A stretch of 64,000 bases of DNA from Azolla caroliniana (lineage: Eukaryota > Plantae > Polypodiophyta), in the NCBI GenBank assembly GCA_043228905.1, contig JBHGNT010000017.1, forward strand, positions 6,758,001 to 6,822,000, written 5' to 3'. Below are positions 13,367-26,600 of the stretch, piece after piece. Both the position numbers and the translations under genes were made by a program. A model generated the notes under the pieces. That model made no database searches. It was given only the letters and a program-made list of their open reading frames with translations, and was not told where the DNA came from. Each line of letters starts with the position of its first letter. Within the stretch, counting starts at the first letter, position 1.

Positions 13367-15444
13367 GACAAAGACGATGATGAAAAGAAACTAAGAGATA
13401 GAGATGGTGAGGAAGATAGAAAATGATGGGATGTTGATGATGGTAACTCTAGAACCAATGACGGTGACGATGGTAACTCTAGAATCAAGGGCGATGAAGA
13501 AGATGGGTAATGCTTCTAGTTGGAAGGGATTCAAACTGTCATGGACACACCAAGCGCGGACTAGGACGAAGCATAGATGATGGGGCTATGAGCGATGGAT
13601 GAACTTGGAGCTAGACGTGACGAGGCTAGGAACTCTAGATGTTTTGAGCGACATGAGGGCATGAAGACAAAAATAAAGATCAAGGCGACAAAGATGAGGC
13701 GAAACGAGAATACTAGATTGATGTGTCAATGACTGGTGTTGAATCCCTTGAAAGGGACCAAGGAGGTTACAAGTATTTATACTATGAGTCAAAGTACATG
13801 CATTAGAATATTCGGGAGAATATTCTAGAACCCTCTAGAACCTTCTAGTTCTAGAACTTTCTAAAAACTCCTAGAACTTGAAATAGATAATCTACTAATA
13901 ATCTACTAAGATATACATAATATGACCATATATTTGGATGTGTTGGTTAGAACACAACACTTGCCTATATATAAGAGGTCAAGAGTTCAAATCTTGTCGT
14001 CATGTTTGTGACATTATCCTTCCCTTTACGGCTGCCTTTTCGAAAGTGTGGTGTAGGGGTGATCTGAAAGAGAAAAACAAAGTACGTTGAGGTGTGAGTG
14101 ACCATGAGCAGTCCTCACCAAAAATAGGAGCATGGGTGAATGCGGGCAACCATGTGTGGTCCTCACCGAAGACTAGACACCAACGTGAGTGTGAGCAACC
14201 ATGTTCAGTCCTCACCGGAGACACGAACACCAATGGACTTGAGCGACCATGTGCGGTCCTCACTTGAGACATGAACACCAACGGACGTGAGCGACCATGT
14301 GCGGTCCTCACCGGAGACACAAACACCAATGGACGTGAGTGACCATGTGCGGTCCTCACTGGGAACTGGAACACCAACAAGCATGAGAGACCATGTACAG
14401 TCCTCACCGGAGATGCGAACACCAAAGGGCGTGAGCGACCATGTGCGATCCTCATCGGAGACACGAACACCAATGGACGCGAGCGACCATGCACGGTCCT
14501 CATTGGGAACTGGAACACTTGACGACAATGACGGATAGGCAAAGTAGTGTTGATGACAACAACAAGAGGGTTGAAGATGATGATGTCGAAGACGAAGCAA
14601 TGAAGGCAATGATGTTGATGAAACGACTTTGAAAGCAACGACTTAGACTATGGCAATGATGGAAGCGGAGAAAGAGATGAAGAGGATAAGAAACATAGAG
14701 ATCGAAATGTTGAGGTTCTGAAGAAACACAAAGACACATATACAAAGGATGATAGAAAACACAAAGACAGGGATGAAGGTGATAGGAAACACAAAGAAAG
14801 TGACAAAGATAATAAGAAACACATAGATAGAGAGGAAAACGGTAGGAAACACAAGGAAAAGGATAACAATGACAAAAAATGCAAGATAGGGATGTGGAAG
14901 ATGATAAGAAGTGCAGAGTTAGAGATGATGATGAGAAGAAACTAGGAGATAGAGATGAGAAGAAACTAGGAGAGAAAAGACAAAGACGACGATGAAAAGA
15001 AACTAAGAGATAGAGATGGTGAGGAAGATAGAAAATGATGGGATGTTGATGATGGTAACTCTAGAACCAATGACGGTGACGATGGTAACTCTAAAATCAA
15101 GGGCGATGAAGAAGATGGGTAATGCTTCTAGTTGGAAGGGATTCAAACTATCAAAGACACACCAAGCGCGGACTAGGACGAAGCATAGATGATGGGGCTA
15201 CGAGTGATGGATGAACTTGGAGCTAGATGTGACGAGGCTAGGAACTCTAGATGTTCTGAGCAACATGAGGGCCTTCTAGTTCTAGAACTTTCTAAAAAAT
15301 CCTAGAACTTGAAATAGATAATCTACTAATAATCTACTAAGATATACATAACATGACCATATATTTGGATGTGTTGGTTAGAACACGACACTTGACTATA
15401 TACAAGAGGTCAAGAGTTCAGATCTTGTCGTCATGTTTGTGACA
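13367..15444 (-). mobile_element. Non-autonomous TRIM/LARD-like element B1 as a tandem array: partial internal 13367-13536, LTR 13537-14013, internal 14014-15148, LTR 15149-15444 (internally deleted)
   Basis: Two copies of the LTR plus the adjoining internal segment; TGTCAC...TGACA termini; PPT AAAGGGAAGGATAA on the minus strand; no coding domains. Confidence 0.8.
14096..14520. repeat. ~48-bp tandem repeat inside B1 (GAGCGACCATGTGCGGTCCTCACCGGAGACACGAACACCAA...)
   Basis: About 9 degenerate units. The same repeat occurs at ~24170-24500 and ~62720-63090. Confidence 0.9.
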
Positions 15445-15890
15445 CTCAGCACATAATGTCATTGGCTGATCAGTATGCCTTCAAGGGTGCAGATCACTTC
15501 AATACCGAGGACATAATGAAGGTCCCCTAGATCCTTCATCTCGAATGATGTCGCAAGTTGGGACTTGACATGACCGATTTCTTCTAGGTCGACGCCGATG
15601 ATGACTAAATCATGAAGATAAAGCAGGATGCTTACCAGCCCATTCCGACCTTGCTGGATGAACAATGAAGAATCCGATTTCGACGGAGCAAACCCTATCC
15701 TACGCAACCTTTGCGTGATCTTCGCGTTCCAGGCACGCGAGGCTTGCTTAAGTCCATAGAGGGACTTCTTCAGTCGGCAAACTGCCGATGTTTTCAATTC
15801 GAATAGAAATTCAGGGGGTTGTACCATGTACACCTATTCCTCAAGTTCTCCTCACAAGAATGTATTCTTTACATCCATCTGATGTAGATG
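15445..15890 (-). pseudogene. Copia reverse transcriptase fragment (element A family)
   Basis: LHQMDVKNTFL, CRLKKSLYGLKQASRAW, LLYLHDL (decayed YVDD), MKDLGDLHYVLGIEV; contains stops. Confidence 0.9.
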
Positions 15891-18890
15891 CAATTAGGAA
15901 TATGTCCCTCCTATGGGAGGAGCTGACTGGTCGGGCCGAGAGTTGATAGTCGAGGACAAGGAGTAGCCGACTAGTCGGGCTGAGAGCCGACAATCGATGA
16001 CAAGGGGGAGTCGACATGGAGAGTTGACAGTATACAAAGTGATCTAGGTTGAAGACATGACTGACTAGTTGGGGTAACCAGATGGTCGAAGACAAGGTTG
16101 ACTAGTCAGGCCGATCATACAGTTAACATAGGAGTCGGCTGATCAACTGTTACTGTTATTAGTATAGTAATAGAGCTACATTTGTAAATAACCCATTCAG
16201 TGTATAAGTATAAATACTGTTGAGTTGTTGTAGCGAGAGAGTTACAAAGAGTAGAGAGAGAGCGGCAGCGACAGAGTTCAACGAACTTGCCAAGAACCCT
16301 AAGTGGTTATCCTCTGAGTTTCAGAGAAGAGTTGTAACCGTTCTTTGTATTCTTTGTGCATAGTGGAAGATATGTTCTCTCGTGGTTTTTTCCTGTTTAG
16401 GGTTTCCACGTTAAACATTGTGTACTGTTTATTTGCTATTTTCTGTTTTCCACATATTGTGTATTTCACAGTCGATCTTCCTCACGAATCATAGGGATCG
16501 AATCCTGTCAAACTGGTATCAAAGCGTAGGTGAAAGATGGAAGGAGGTGTGCATGGCTTCCCAGGTATGATAGTTCTAAACTCTCAGAACTATGCATACT
16601 GGAAGATAAAGATAGAAGACCTTCTCGTAGTTAAAGACCTGTATGAGCCCATCGATAGAGCAGAAATACCCACGGGGGTATTAGAGTCTGAATGGAAACT
16701 TTTGAACAGAAAGGCGGTGCCCACCATCAAATAGTGTGTCGATGTAAGTGTCCTTCAGCATGTGGTGAACGACACAAATGCCCACGAGATGTGGTAGAAG
16801 CTGTCAGGTCTATATGAGAGGAAGAACACCCTCACCAAAACATCTTTGACGAGAAAGATTATGAGGCTAAAATACAGAGATGAAGTAAGGATAATGGAGC
16901 ATGTAAGCACATTGATGGGGTATGTGAACCAACTTGCGGCAACCAAGTTTGCCCTTGAGGATGCAATGGAGGCCATCCTGCTACTATGTACCCTGTTGGA
17001 CAACTAGGAGAACATGGTGGTAACTCTCAGCACTTCATGTCAAGAAGAGAACTTGTCTCTATGAGCGGTAAAGACAAGCATCTTGAATGAGGAAACAATA
17101 AGGAAGGACAAGGGTGTCCTGTCCTAGTCAGAGTCAAATTTGACTCAATATACCAACAGAGGAAGGAACCGGCAAAGGAGTTCACAAAGGGGGACAAGTC
17201 CCAAGTCAGGTCAAAGTCCAATGGCAAACTGACATGCTTCTATTGTGGAAAGCTTGGATACTACCAGAAGGACTGCCCACACCTCAAGAAGGACAAAGGT
17301 GTCGGTAATAATGTTGAACCTAAGAATATTCTTGATGAAAAGGGCACATCTGCCATAACTATGAGAGCAGAGGAGATCATGTTCATTTGTGAGTAGGCAA
17401 GCACAAATCCCGCAAGTGAAGAGTGCACTTGGGTGATCGACTCTGGTGCATCCTTTCATATAACTCCGTCGAGAGAGTGCTTCTCGACTTACACATCCGG
17501 GGATCATGGTTACGTAAAGATGGGAGATAATGGGGAGTGCAAGATAACCGACATAGGAACGGTAAGCCTGATGACGTCGACAGGTTGTCGACTGACTCTG
17601 AGGGAAGTTCGACATGTCCTCGATATCATATTGAATCTAATATCAACTGGAAGGTTGGATGACAAAGGCTACAATGGTAGCTTTCAAAATGGCAAGTGGA
17701 AGTTCTGGCGGGGAAACCTCATAGTGGCCCGAGCACATAAAGAGGCCATACTGTATATGATGCATGCCCGACTATGCAAGTCGGAAGTGAATGTGGAAGC
17801 TGAGTCGAGTGGAGAGTAATGACATAAGAGACTGCGCTACATGAGTGAGAAGGGAATGCATATCCTGGCCGACTAGGAACTTCTCCCATGCTAAGCTGCT
17901 GAACTCTTATTGGGCTGAGGTGATGTATACGAATGTTTATATGATCAACAGGTCTCCCTCAGTACCATTGAAAGGTGATTTCCCACAAAGGGTGTGGACA
18001 GGAAAGGAAGTCTCCTACCGACACCTGAGGGTATTTGAATGTTTAGTGTATATGCATGTGGTTAAGGATCAGAGGTCGAAGCTTGACAACAAGTTGAAAC
18101 CATGCATATTCATGGGATACTCGGAGGATGAGTTCGTCTACAAGTTGTGGGACTTAGTCGATAAGAAAGTAGTGAGGAGTCGAGATGTAGTCTTCTTGGA
18201 AGACAAGAAAATTGAGGACTGGAGGCAATAGAAGTTGGAATCGACTCCCCAGTCAACTCCCACTACTACCGAGTTAAGGTCAAGTGAACCGACAGAGTTG
18301 GTTGTTCGGAGACAACCAGTCGACACAATCGAATCCGAGTTGGTCAAAGCGGAGCAACCGACAAATACAGATGAGTCAGAGTAGGAGGAACTATTGAAGC
18401 CGATCAAGGACTACGAGTAATAATTGGCTAACCCGCAACGACCGATTGACACATATAAACCCGAGCCGAGAGAAGAGTCGACAGAGACATCCAAACTGGA
18501 GCCGACAATGGGTGGAAGAAGATACCCAGTCAGAGAAAGAAGCGCACCGACTACATATGCCAGTCAATACATCCTTTTGACTGATGAAGGTGAACCAGAG
18601 TGCTAGAAGAAGCTATAGGTAATGAGCACAAGGAGAAATGACTAAGTGCAATGGAAGAGGAGATGGACTCCTTGTATGAGAATTACAACTACGACCTGGT
18701 AGAGGTTCCAAAAGATAAGAGAGCACTCTGAAATAAATGGGTCTACATGGTGAAGACTGGAGAAGTCGACAACACACCCAGATTTAAAGCCCACATTATG
18801 GTGAAGGGGTTTCAATAGAAAAACGGTGTCAACTTTGACGATATATTTGCACGAGTTATGAAGATGACATCAATTCGAATTGTTCTGAGC
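15889..18890 (+). mobile_element. Copia element C (Tork/Tnt1-like, related to K), 3'-truncated: 5' LTR ~15889-16510, iMet PBS 16514-16525, degenerate gag-pro-int-RT
   Basis: TGGTATCAAAGC PBS; LNSQNYAYWK gag start; CFYCGKLGYYQKDC knuckle; WVIDSGAS protease; WAEVMYT..INRSPS integrase; RT start. Many stops. Confidence 0.88.
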
Positions 18891-19080
18891 ACGTTTCGAT
18901 CTAGAGGAGTTGCGACGGATTTACAATCCGTCATCCCGAACTTGAAGGACATACTCAACACATAATGTCGTTGATTGATTAGTATGCCTTCGGGGGTGCA
19001 GATGATTTCAATACCAAGGTCCATCTCGACTGATGCCGCAAGTTGGGACTTGACACAACTGATTTCTTCTAGGTCGGAGA
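18891..19080 (-). pseudogene. Second copia RT fragment of the A family
   Basis: DLEEISCVKSQLAAS...GILINQRHYVLSMSFKFGMTDCKSVATPLD, paralogous to 15445-15600. Confidence 0.8.
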
Positions 19081-20720
19081 TGTTGTGAAGTTGATGCTTC
19101 ATGATTTCAAAACAATATAAAAAATCTATAGAACGACATTTCCATCTGGAACTTATGAAGAGGAGCATGTAGGAATTTTCGGTTCGTGAATCGGAGTTCA
19201 GACGCTAAAGATACAGCCTCCGGGAAGATTAATGTTACCTTTAAGATCACTTAGGACACAAATATAATTATATCAAAAGGGGGAGTTCGAAATAAAATGA
19301 GGGTGATTTTGTAATTTTTTATGGAAAGCGCTATTTGTCCCCCGATTTTGGCTATCCCCGCCCGCCCTAAATTTATAGAACCTAATAGCTGCCTTTTTAA
19401 TAGTCCACTGTCCCGTTTTCTTCGAGAAGTTTGCTCTAACGAAGAATGGGCAGTCCATTAGACGAGTTCCCGTTTGTCTTTTGCGAGTATCGTCAGTCAA
19501 GCCTAGAGGGTTGTGATATTCCCCCCCATAGTAGCACTTGAAAGTGACTTTTCGGTTGTCGCTATGATTATCCAATGCAACGATGATATTCTGAGCACGG
19601 AAATGGTCCTTGATAAAATTGATCAGAGCCCCTCTCTTGATGAAGGTTTTATCGATAATTGAAGCTGAAGACGCTTGTTGAGACATGTTGCAGAACGAGG
19701 TGAGAACTATCAGAAATTGTAAAAAAAATGCAAGGGGGGATAGCCAAAATGGGGGTACAAATAGCGCTTTCTATTTTACTTATTATTTTATTTATTTATT
19801 TATAAATTCTATTGTATACTTTTACAATTGATAAAAAATAAATATAACCGCCCTTGCAAGAGGCGGTTTGTCAACTACCTTAAGAGGGTGGCTGGGCGGT
19901 TGACCCCCCTATAAAAGCCACCCCCATGGTGACTAAAGAGGAGAAAGGGAAGAATTGGAGAAGAGGAGGAGGAGAAGAAGAAAAAGCGAGTGAAGAAGCT
20001 CGCGTGGGTGTGGGATGCAGAGCTCGCCAAAGAAGATGGTGGGTTGCATAAACAAGACAAAGTTAAAGAAAAATAAATATAAGAAACGGAAGAAGTTGAA
20101 GTGGCGTATTTCAAATGCCTTTGCGCCAATAATAGGTTGTGAGTTTGAATCCTCTCATAACAACTTGTTTTTTTGGTAAACAAATTTTGTAAGATAAATT
20201 TGGTATATATAAAGAGAAAGAGAATTAAATTAATAGAGAAAACAAAGAGGTTAAAGTGGTCTATCTCAAACGCTTTTTCTCAAATAGGGGTTGTGAGTTT
20301 ATGTCTTGCAAGTACCTTTCGGCAAATAAATATTGTAAGTGGTTGTTTTAAAAATAAAATTCTTTTTGCGACAATGTTGCATCTATCTTGCTTTCTCGAC
20401 TTCTTGTCATCGCACCATCTACACGATCATCCTTGAGTCATAGAACCTCGGCGGTTGCGACACACAACCGCAATCTTTACGACATAAATTTGGCAAACCC
20501 GATGTGAAGTGTCGCTGACAAGGGGAGTTTCATAGTTAAAGTTTGCAAAAACAAAGGTTGGAAAATCGACGAAGATGATGGACAAAGGTGCCAACCCAGA
20601 GATGGTGAATAAGGGCATCAATGCAGAGATGGCAAGTTTCATGATGACGGTGATGAGTCGTATGTTGCAAGAGCAAAGTGTGATGAACTGGATGGAAAGT
20701 AAAATCCCTGCTAGTCGGTA
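19081..20720 (+). mobile_element. Gypsy element D (tRNA-Trp-primed family): 5' LTR 19081-20484, decayed Trp PBS 20491-20507, truncated gag start
   Basis: TGTTGTGAAG...TTACGACA termini like F/G; TGGCAAACCCGATGTGA resembles the G PBS; MMTVMSRMLQEQ resembles the G gag start MCTMMERVMREQ. Confidence 0.75.
19323..19772 (-). mobile_element. Mini Mutator-like (MULE) element with ~36-bp TIRs carrying a FAR1/WRKY-GCM1-type zinc-finger fragment, inside the LTR of D
   Basis: GAAAGCGCTATTTGTCCCCCGATTTTGGCTATCCCC (19324) is inverted at 19736-19771. ORF 19273-19686 has VTFKCYYGGEY...RKRQTGTRLMDCPFFVRA...W. TSD not clean. Confidence 0.7.
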
Positions 20721-20989
20721 GGAAAAAATCTCACGCTTCTAGACACACACCCACACACACATTGACAATTGCCATCACCATCTTTCTCCTTGTCAACACA
20801 AAGATAGAGGTTACCACAATTATTTTGTCTTTATCAACTCATGGAGATTACATAGGGCCACATGATGCATATTTCTTGATAGAAGTAAGCATGTCAACAT
20901 ATGAATAAACCTTTCAAGCGAGCGAACCTTTTGCACAAATACCATCACACGACTCGACCTCAACTATACAGTCGGTCTATGTAGCCAAT

Positions 20990-21697
20990 TCATGTAGAAA
21001 CCTCGGGATATACATCTCGATTGTGTTCCACGCACGAACTAAGCACATTGAAGTACACTATCACTTCATCTGAGAGCGTGTTCAGGCCGAAGATGTCGAC
21101 CTACAACATATCAGCATGAACCTTCAGGTTGCCGACATCTTCACAAAAGCCTTAGGAGCTGACAAGCTTGGGCAATTTACATTGGACCTTGGTCTCACGA
21201 TTTCTACATTTCCGAGCTTGAGGGGGAGTACCGAATAATAGCAGTAGCCGATCAGTCGATTGAAGCCGGCCGGAGGAGTCAAAGTATGATAATGACAGTA
21301 GAGTAGAACAAGGAGCACGAAGCAATCAAATAGTCGAAACCGTTCTGACTGACCATCCGGACACATAGCCGAACAACCAAATCGAAGTAATTCGAAAGTC
21401 AAAAAGCCGATTCAGCCGAATCAAAGTATTTTGAAGACCGAATTGAATCAATTTTTGGGCGTCCGGAAGTTGTGTTTGAAGGGGCGTGTTGAGAATTGAA
21501 CTCAACTTCCCCAATGAAGTGCTTCCACACTAGCCAATGGACATACTAGGCTAGTTTTGTAAATAGTAGAAAGGGTAGTTACCCTAGACTAATTAGAATT
21601 TAAACCAATCGTTTGTAACTTAGTTACTGTTTGATGTAATTTTATCTTTCACCAATATAGCTTCTTGTTCTAAGCTCTCTCTCTCTGTTTTGTCTTA

Positions 21698-21786
<89 letters not shown>

Positions 21787-21824
21787 GGTTTACTTCCGCT
21801 GCACAACATCACCTATGTCTCTCA
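20990..21824 (+). mobile_element. Copia 3' end: RNase H remnant, PPT (TGAGGGGGAG) and 3' LTR from ~21229
   Basis: FHARTKHIEVHYHFI*ERV...QVADIFTKALG...PSLRGS. LTR right end approximate. Confidence 0.8.
21701..21785. repeat. (CA)n microsatellite
   Basis: About 42 AC units, directly visible. Confidence 0.98.
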
Positions 21825-22260
21825 TTTCTTTATAGTATGTGCTCTTGAGTGGCACAATGCACAATGGGTTCGCATAGTGCATTCTAGGCTCGAATGGCCT
21901 GGGTTCATGTAGGTTGTGCATTGTATTGCTTGTTGGAACCGCAGGTCCTCCTCCTTGGGTAACGCCCGTTGCAACGCCTCCATAAACAAGTTGTTGCAGT
22001 TCTGAGCCCGATCCATGTCGAGCACTCGATCAATTACTTTATCAATCCTACTTGTTCAAAAATCCAAAACCACCAATGTAGTCTGGAGTGGCTTTCGTAG
22101 AGTCGTCCAAAATATCTCCTTTACTTCATCCTCCAAAGGTGCTCGCGTCAATTATCTGTGAAGACTCTGAAATCTTATAATGAACCACGATACTGTTTCG
22201 TTCGCCTCTTGATAGGTGGCATAAAAGTGTTCGATTAATTTATAAGTATCCAGTCTAGGT
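21822..22260 (-). pseudogene. Gag fragment related to element I
   Basis: ALQRALPKEEDLRFQQAIQCTT..PGHSSLECTMRTHCALCHS matches the I gag ALQRALPTDEDLCFRQAIQCTTCLNSGHSSLECTMRTHC. Confidence 0.85.
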
Positions 22261-22399
22261 ACAAAACGGTGCATTCACTAGATATCTGAATACAAAATGG
22301 TGCGGATCCGTCACTACTTAATATTCTAATATTCTAATATCTAATATCTAATATCTGGATTGGTACATCCATCCAGGTCTGTCACTACTTAATATTCTA

Positions 22400-23661
22400 A
22401 TTATCTAATATCTAATATCTAATATCTTGCTTCTGGTTCACACGTCTGGAACATACTCTCCTCCTTGGCTACCAACACTTCGGCATATGCTTCTCCTCAA
22501 GCGTTGCCTGTGCCACTTCCTCTATCGTCTGATTCTTCCACTTGTCCACACCATTCTGACCTGGTGTGTATCTGCAAGAGAACTCGTATCGGATTCCCTT
22601 TTTCTACAGATAGCTTGAGAACTGGTTGGAAAAGTACTCTTTTCCGCCATCGGTTCCGAGGCACTTGATCTCCCGGCATGTCTCCTATTCGGCATGGCTC
22701 TTCACCTTGAGAAAATAGGAGAAGACATCGATTTTCTTCTTGATCAATCATGCCCAGGTGTGCCGAGTGTAGTCATCAATAATGGTTAGAAAGTAATGAC
22801 TCCCATCGATCCTCACGTTCTACGTTGGCCCCCACACATCCGAATGGATTAAATCGAGCTTATTACGGCTCCAATTTCTCTCATTGGGGAATGGAAGTTG
22901 GTGATGCTTCCCCCAGTTGACAAGTTTCACAAACTTGGCCGTTTCAGACCAAAAACAATGTTCTTTGTGTGCATTCCTTGAAGTCGGGGGAAATTGACGT
23001 GGCCGAACCGCTTGTGCCACACCTCGATATCTGATCGACCTTCTGCTCTCTGGCAAACATAACGGTGCTGACATTGTTCGTTTCGAGGATAAGTTCATCC
23101 TCCCTTCTCAATGCCCTTGTGCAATGATCTTGCCGTCTTCTTCAATGAAGCATCCGAGTTGAGTAAATCGAACTTGCATACCCTGGTCGACTATTTCTTA
23201 GACCGACACCAAGTTCTTGGTGATTATCGGCACATGCAAGACATTTCTCATGATTCCTCTTTGACTGACATGGCTTCGACGGACATCTCTGATATGTTCG
23301 ATTGGGTGAGGGGTATCGTCACCGGTTTTGACGACCCCCGGCTACTCCGTCTTCTCTAGAGTTGAAAACCACTCCTTGTGGTTCGTCATGTGGTTCGATG
23401 TGCCAGAATCCACGTACCACACCTCATTCGACTTAGAGGTTCTCGCCGCCATCGAGTTGGATTTGTGCTTCATGATGAAGGCAGGGTCTGATCCGGCTCG
23501 CCCTCTGCCTTCAATGTAGTTCGATCTTTGACACCTATCTACGTCACCCCGATTCGATCCGGTTTGTTTTGAATCGGCATTCTTCTTCCAGCACTCACTC
23601 TCTCTATAGCCCTTCCGGCCACAATACTAGCAGTCATTTGTGGCCTTACTTTGCTAGCTTC
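22400..23661 (-). mobile_element. Copia element L internal fragment (zinc knuckle, protease, integrase start); host of B2
   Basis: Minus strand C*YCGRKGYRESEC knuckle, WYVDSGTSNHM protease, LDLIHSDVWGP integrase. Confidence 0.8.
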
Positions 23662-26600
23662 TGTCACGGGCACACCAATCACGGATTGGGACAGAGCACA
23701 GATGATGGGGCTACGAGCGTGGAACTTATGAAGCTAGGAATGACACAAGAGCATGAAGATAGAGATGAAGAAGGAGCAAAGATGGAAAGAAACGAGAATA
23801 CTAGATTGATGTGTCAATGACTGGTGTTGAATCCCTTGAAAGGGACCAAGGAGGTTACAAGTATTTATACAAGTTCCGAGGTTGATAATCTCTAGAATAT
23901 ACAAGTCTATAATATACCATATAATATTTCTAGAATATACTAACGACTAGAATATTCTGATTCTAAAATGTGCTATCCACAGGACTATAGAATACTAAAC
24001 TATTATTACAAATACATGCTCATATCACAAAGGTTGAGCATGACATCTTGTTGATGTGAGGTTGCACGTTCAATCCTCACGAACTATGTATTTGATGTCA
24101 TTGTGTCCCCTTTATGGCCCTCTTTTCGAAAGCGTGGTGTAGGGGTGAACGGGAACTGGAGCATCGATGAGCGTGAGCAACCATGTGTTGCCCTCACCGG
24201 AGGCTGGAACACCAATGGATGTGAGCGACCATGTGCAGTCCTCACCGGATACACTAACACCAACGGGCGTGAGCGACCATGTGTGGTCCTCACCGGAGAC
24301 ACGAACACCAACAGACATGAGCGACCATGCGACCCTAACCGGGATTTGGAACACGAACGGGAGTGAGCAACCATGTGTCCCTCACCAGGAATTGAAACAC
24401 AAATGGAACATGAACAAGAGTGAGAGAGCATGTGGTCCTCACCGGGAATTGGAACACGAACAAGTGTGAGTGACCATGTGTGGTCCTCACTGGGAACTAG
24501 ACGAACAACAAGCGAAGGACTGCAAGTGAAGCGGTTGACTCGACTTCTTCTATCATGAGAGGGTAAATAGTCGAGGTTGACCCAAAACACGACATAAACG
24601 GTAGCGCTAGTGAGAAATCGACACGATCCCCACTAGGAAAGTGAGCGGTTGTGATCCTCACCGAAACTAGAAGGTGAGTGATCGAAATCGATCCCCATCA
24701 AAAGAAAGTGGAGTGAAAAGTAGACCAAAATGAAAATTGGAATGCAAGCGAGCAAAATTCGATACCCACCAGGAAAGTGAACAGTTGTAACCCCCACCGG
24801 AACCAGAAAGGTGAGCGATCAAAAGCTATCCTCGCCAAAGGAAAGTGGAGTGAAACTTGAATCGAAATGAAAATGGAGTGCAAATGATCAATGGTTCGAT
24901 CCCCACCTGGAAAGTGAGCGGTTGTAACCCCCACCAAAACTGTGAAGGTGAGAGATCAAAATCAATCCGTTTGATAAAGACAATAAAAGGTGCTGAAAAT
25001 GATGATGCCGAAAACAAGGAAATCAAGACGATGATGATGATGATGAAGCGTCTCTAAAACCAAGGATGTTGATGACAGTAACTTTGGAAGCAATGATGAT
25101 GATGATGGTAACTCTAGAAGCAAGGGTGATGACGAAAACGGGTGATGCTTCCAGTTGGAGGGAATTCAAACTGTCACGGACACACCAACCGCGGATTGGG
25201 ACGGAGCACGGATGATGGGGCTATGAGCGTGGAACTTATGAACCTAGGAATGACACAAGAGCATGAAGATAGAGATGAAGAAGGAGCAAAGATGGAATGA
25301 AACGAGAATACTAGATTGATGTGTCAATGATTGGTGTTGAATCCCTTGAAAGGGACCAAGGACGTTACAAGTATTTATACAATTTCTAAGATTGAATATA
25401 TCTAGAATATACTTGAGAAATATTTCTAGAATATACCCTTCAAGAATATACCATACAATATTCCTAGAATATACTAACGACTTGAATATTCTGATTCTGA
25501 AATGTGCTATACGCTAGTGTTAGCATAAAAGGTTGATTCCTTCCATTTGTATCCTAGTGTGAACTTGTCCAAAGAGTTAGGGCTAAGCAATAACCTAACG
25601 TTGAAAAGATGTTTTTCTTCTGATCATTCTTGTACAATGTCTCTGAGAGGGAGAGAGAACATTATAACAAAGCTTGCATTAAAGCTTAAACCGCGTATAT
25701 TTTCTGTTTATTCTCTTGCCTTCCTTTTGTGTTGTTTGGTGAACATTATGGCATATCCTCACACATATGTTTCCGCAGATATTCTTGCTTTCAACTAGTA
25801 TCAGAGAAATCCATTGTTCGACAACAACAAATAGCAAAAAAAGTTGAAAGGAAAAAGATCACGTTAGTAAAATCTCACTTTCAAAGAAGAACGTGGCATC
25901 AACATCCGGAACAGTAGTTGAAATCAGAAAATTCGATGGCAAAAACATTGCCCTATGGAAGGAGATGATGTAGGATGTGTTGATCATCAGAAGACAAGTC
26001 GAAGCCATTTGACATAATGAAAAACCTGCCTTGATGTTAGTCGAAAACGTCTACTTCAACATGGCAAAAGAGACAACAACATTGTCATTGTGGGAGAAGT
26101 TACAAGCCGTGTACGAGAAAAAGTCCTCATCTTGAAAACTGATTTTGATCAAACAACTGTTCAACATGAAGACGAGAGAGACTAATCCGACTACCTCCCA
26201 CATCAACACCTTTAGCCGAGTGTTGTCAGTCCTCACAAGGGATCAATTTCGAAGAAGAAGTGGAAGCCCTTGCCCTCCTATGGAGCTTGCCGGCGAGTTG
26301 GGAGGTATTCTGCACGACATATGCCAACAGTCGACCGATCCTAAATCTGGATGAAACGATCGGCCAAGTTCTCATTGGGGACATTCGGCGAAAATCGATG
26401 GGACTCACCATCGACAAGTCGGCAGAAGCCCATCACTCGAACGATTGAGTCGATCAAGAGAACAAGACAAATGAACCAATCGGAACACCAATCAATCAAG
26501 AACGAGGGGAGACCGACAACGATCAAAGTCGAAAATGGGCCGATCAAGCGAATTCTGCACACATTGCAAAAAAGATGGCCACAATGTTTTTGACTGCTGG

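Noticed and set aside
14096-14520. 48-bp repeats (also ~24.2 kb and ~62.8 kb) as a CRISPR-like array
   Set aside because: Head-to-tail degenerate units without unique spacers, inside a eukaryotic LTR element, and no cas genes.
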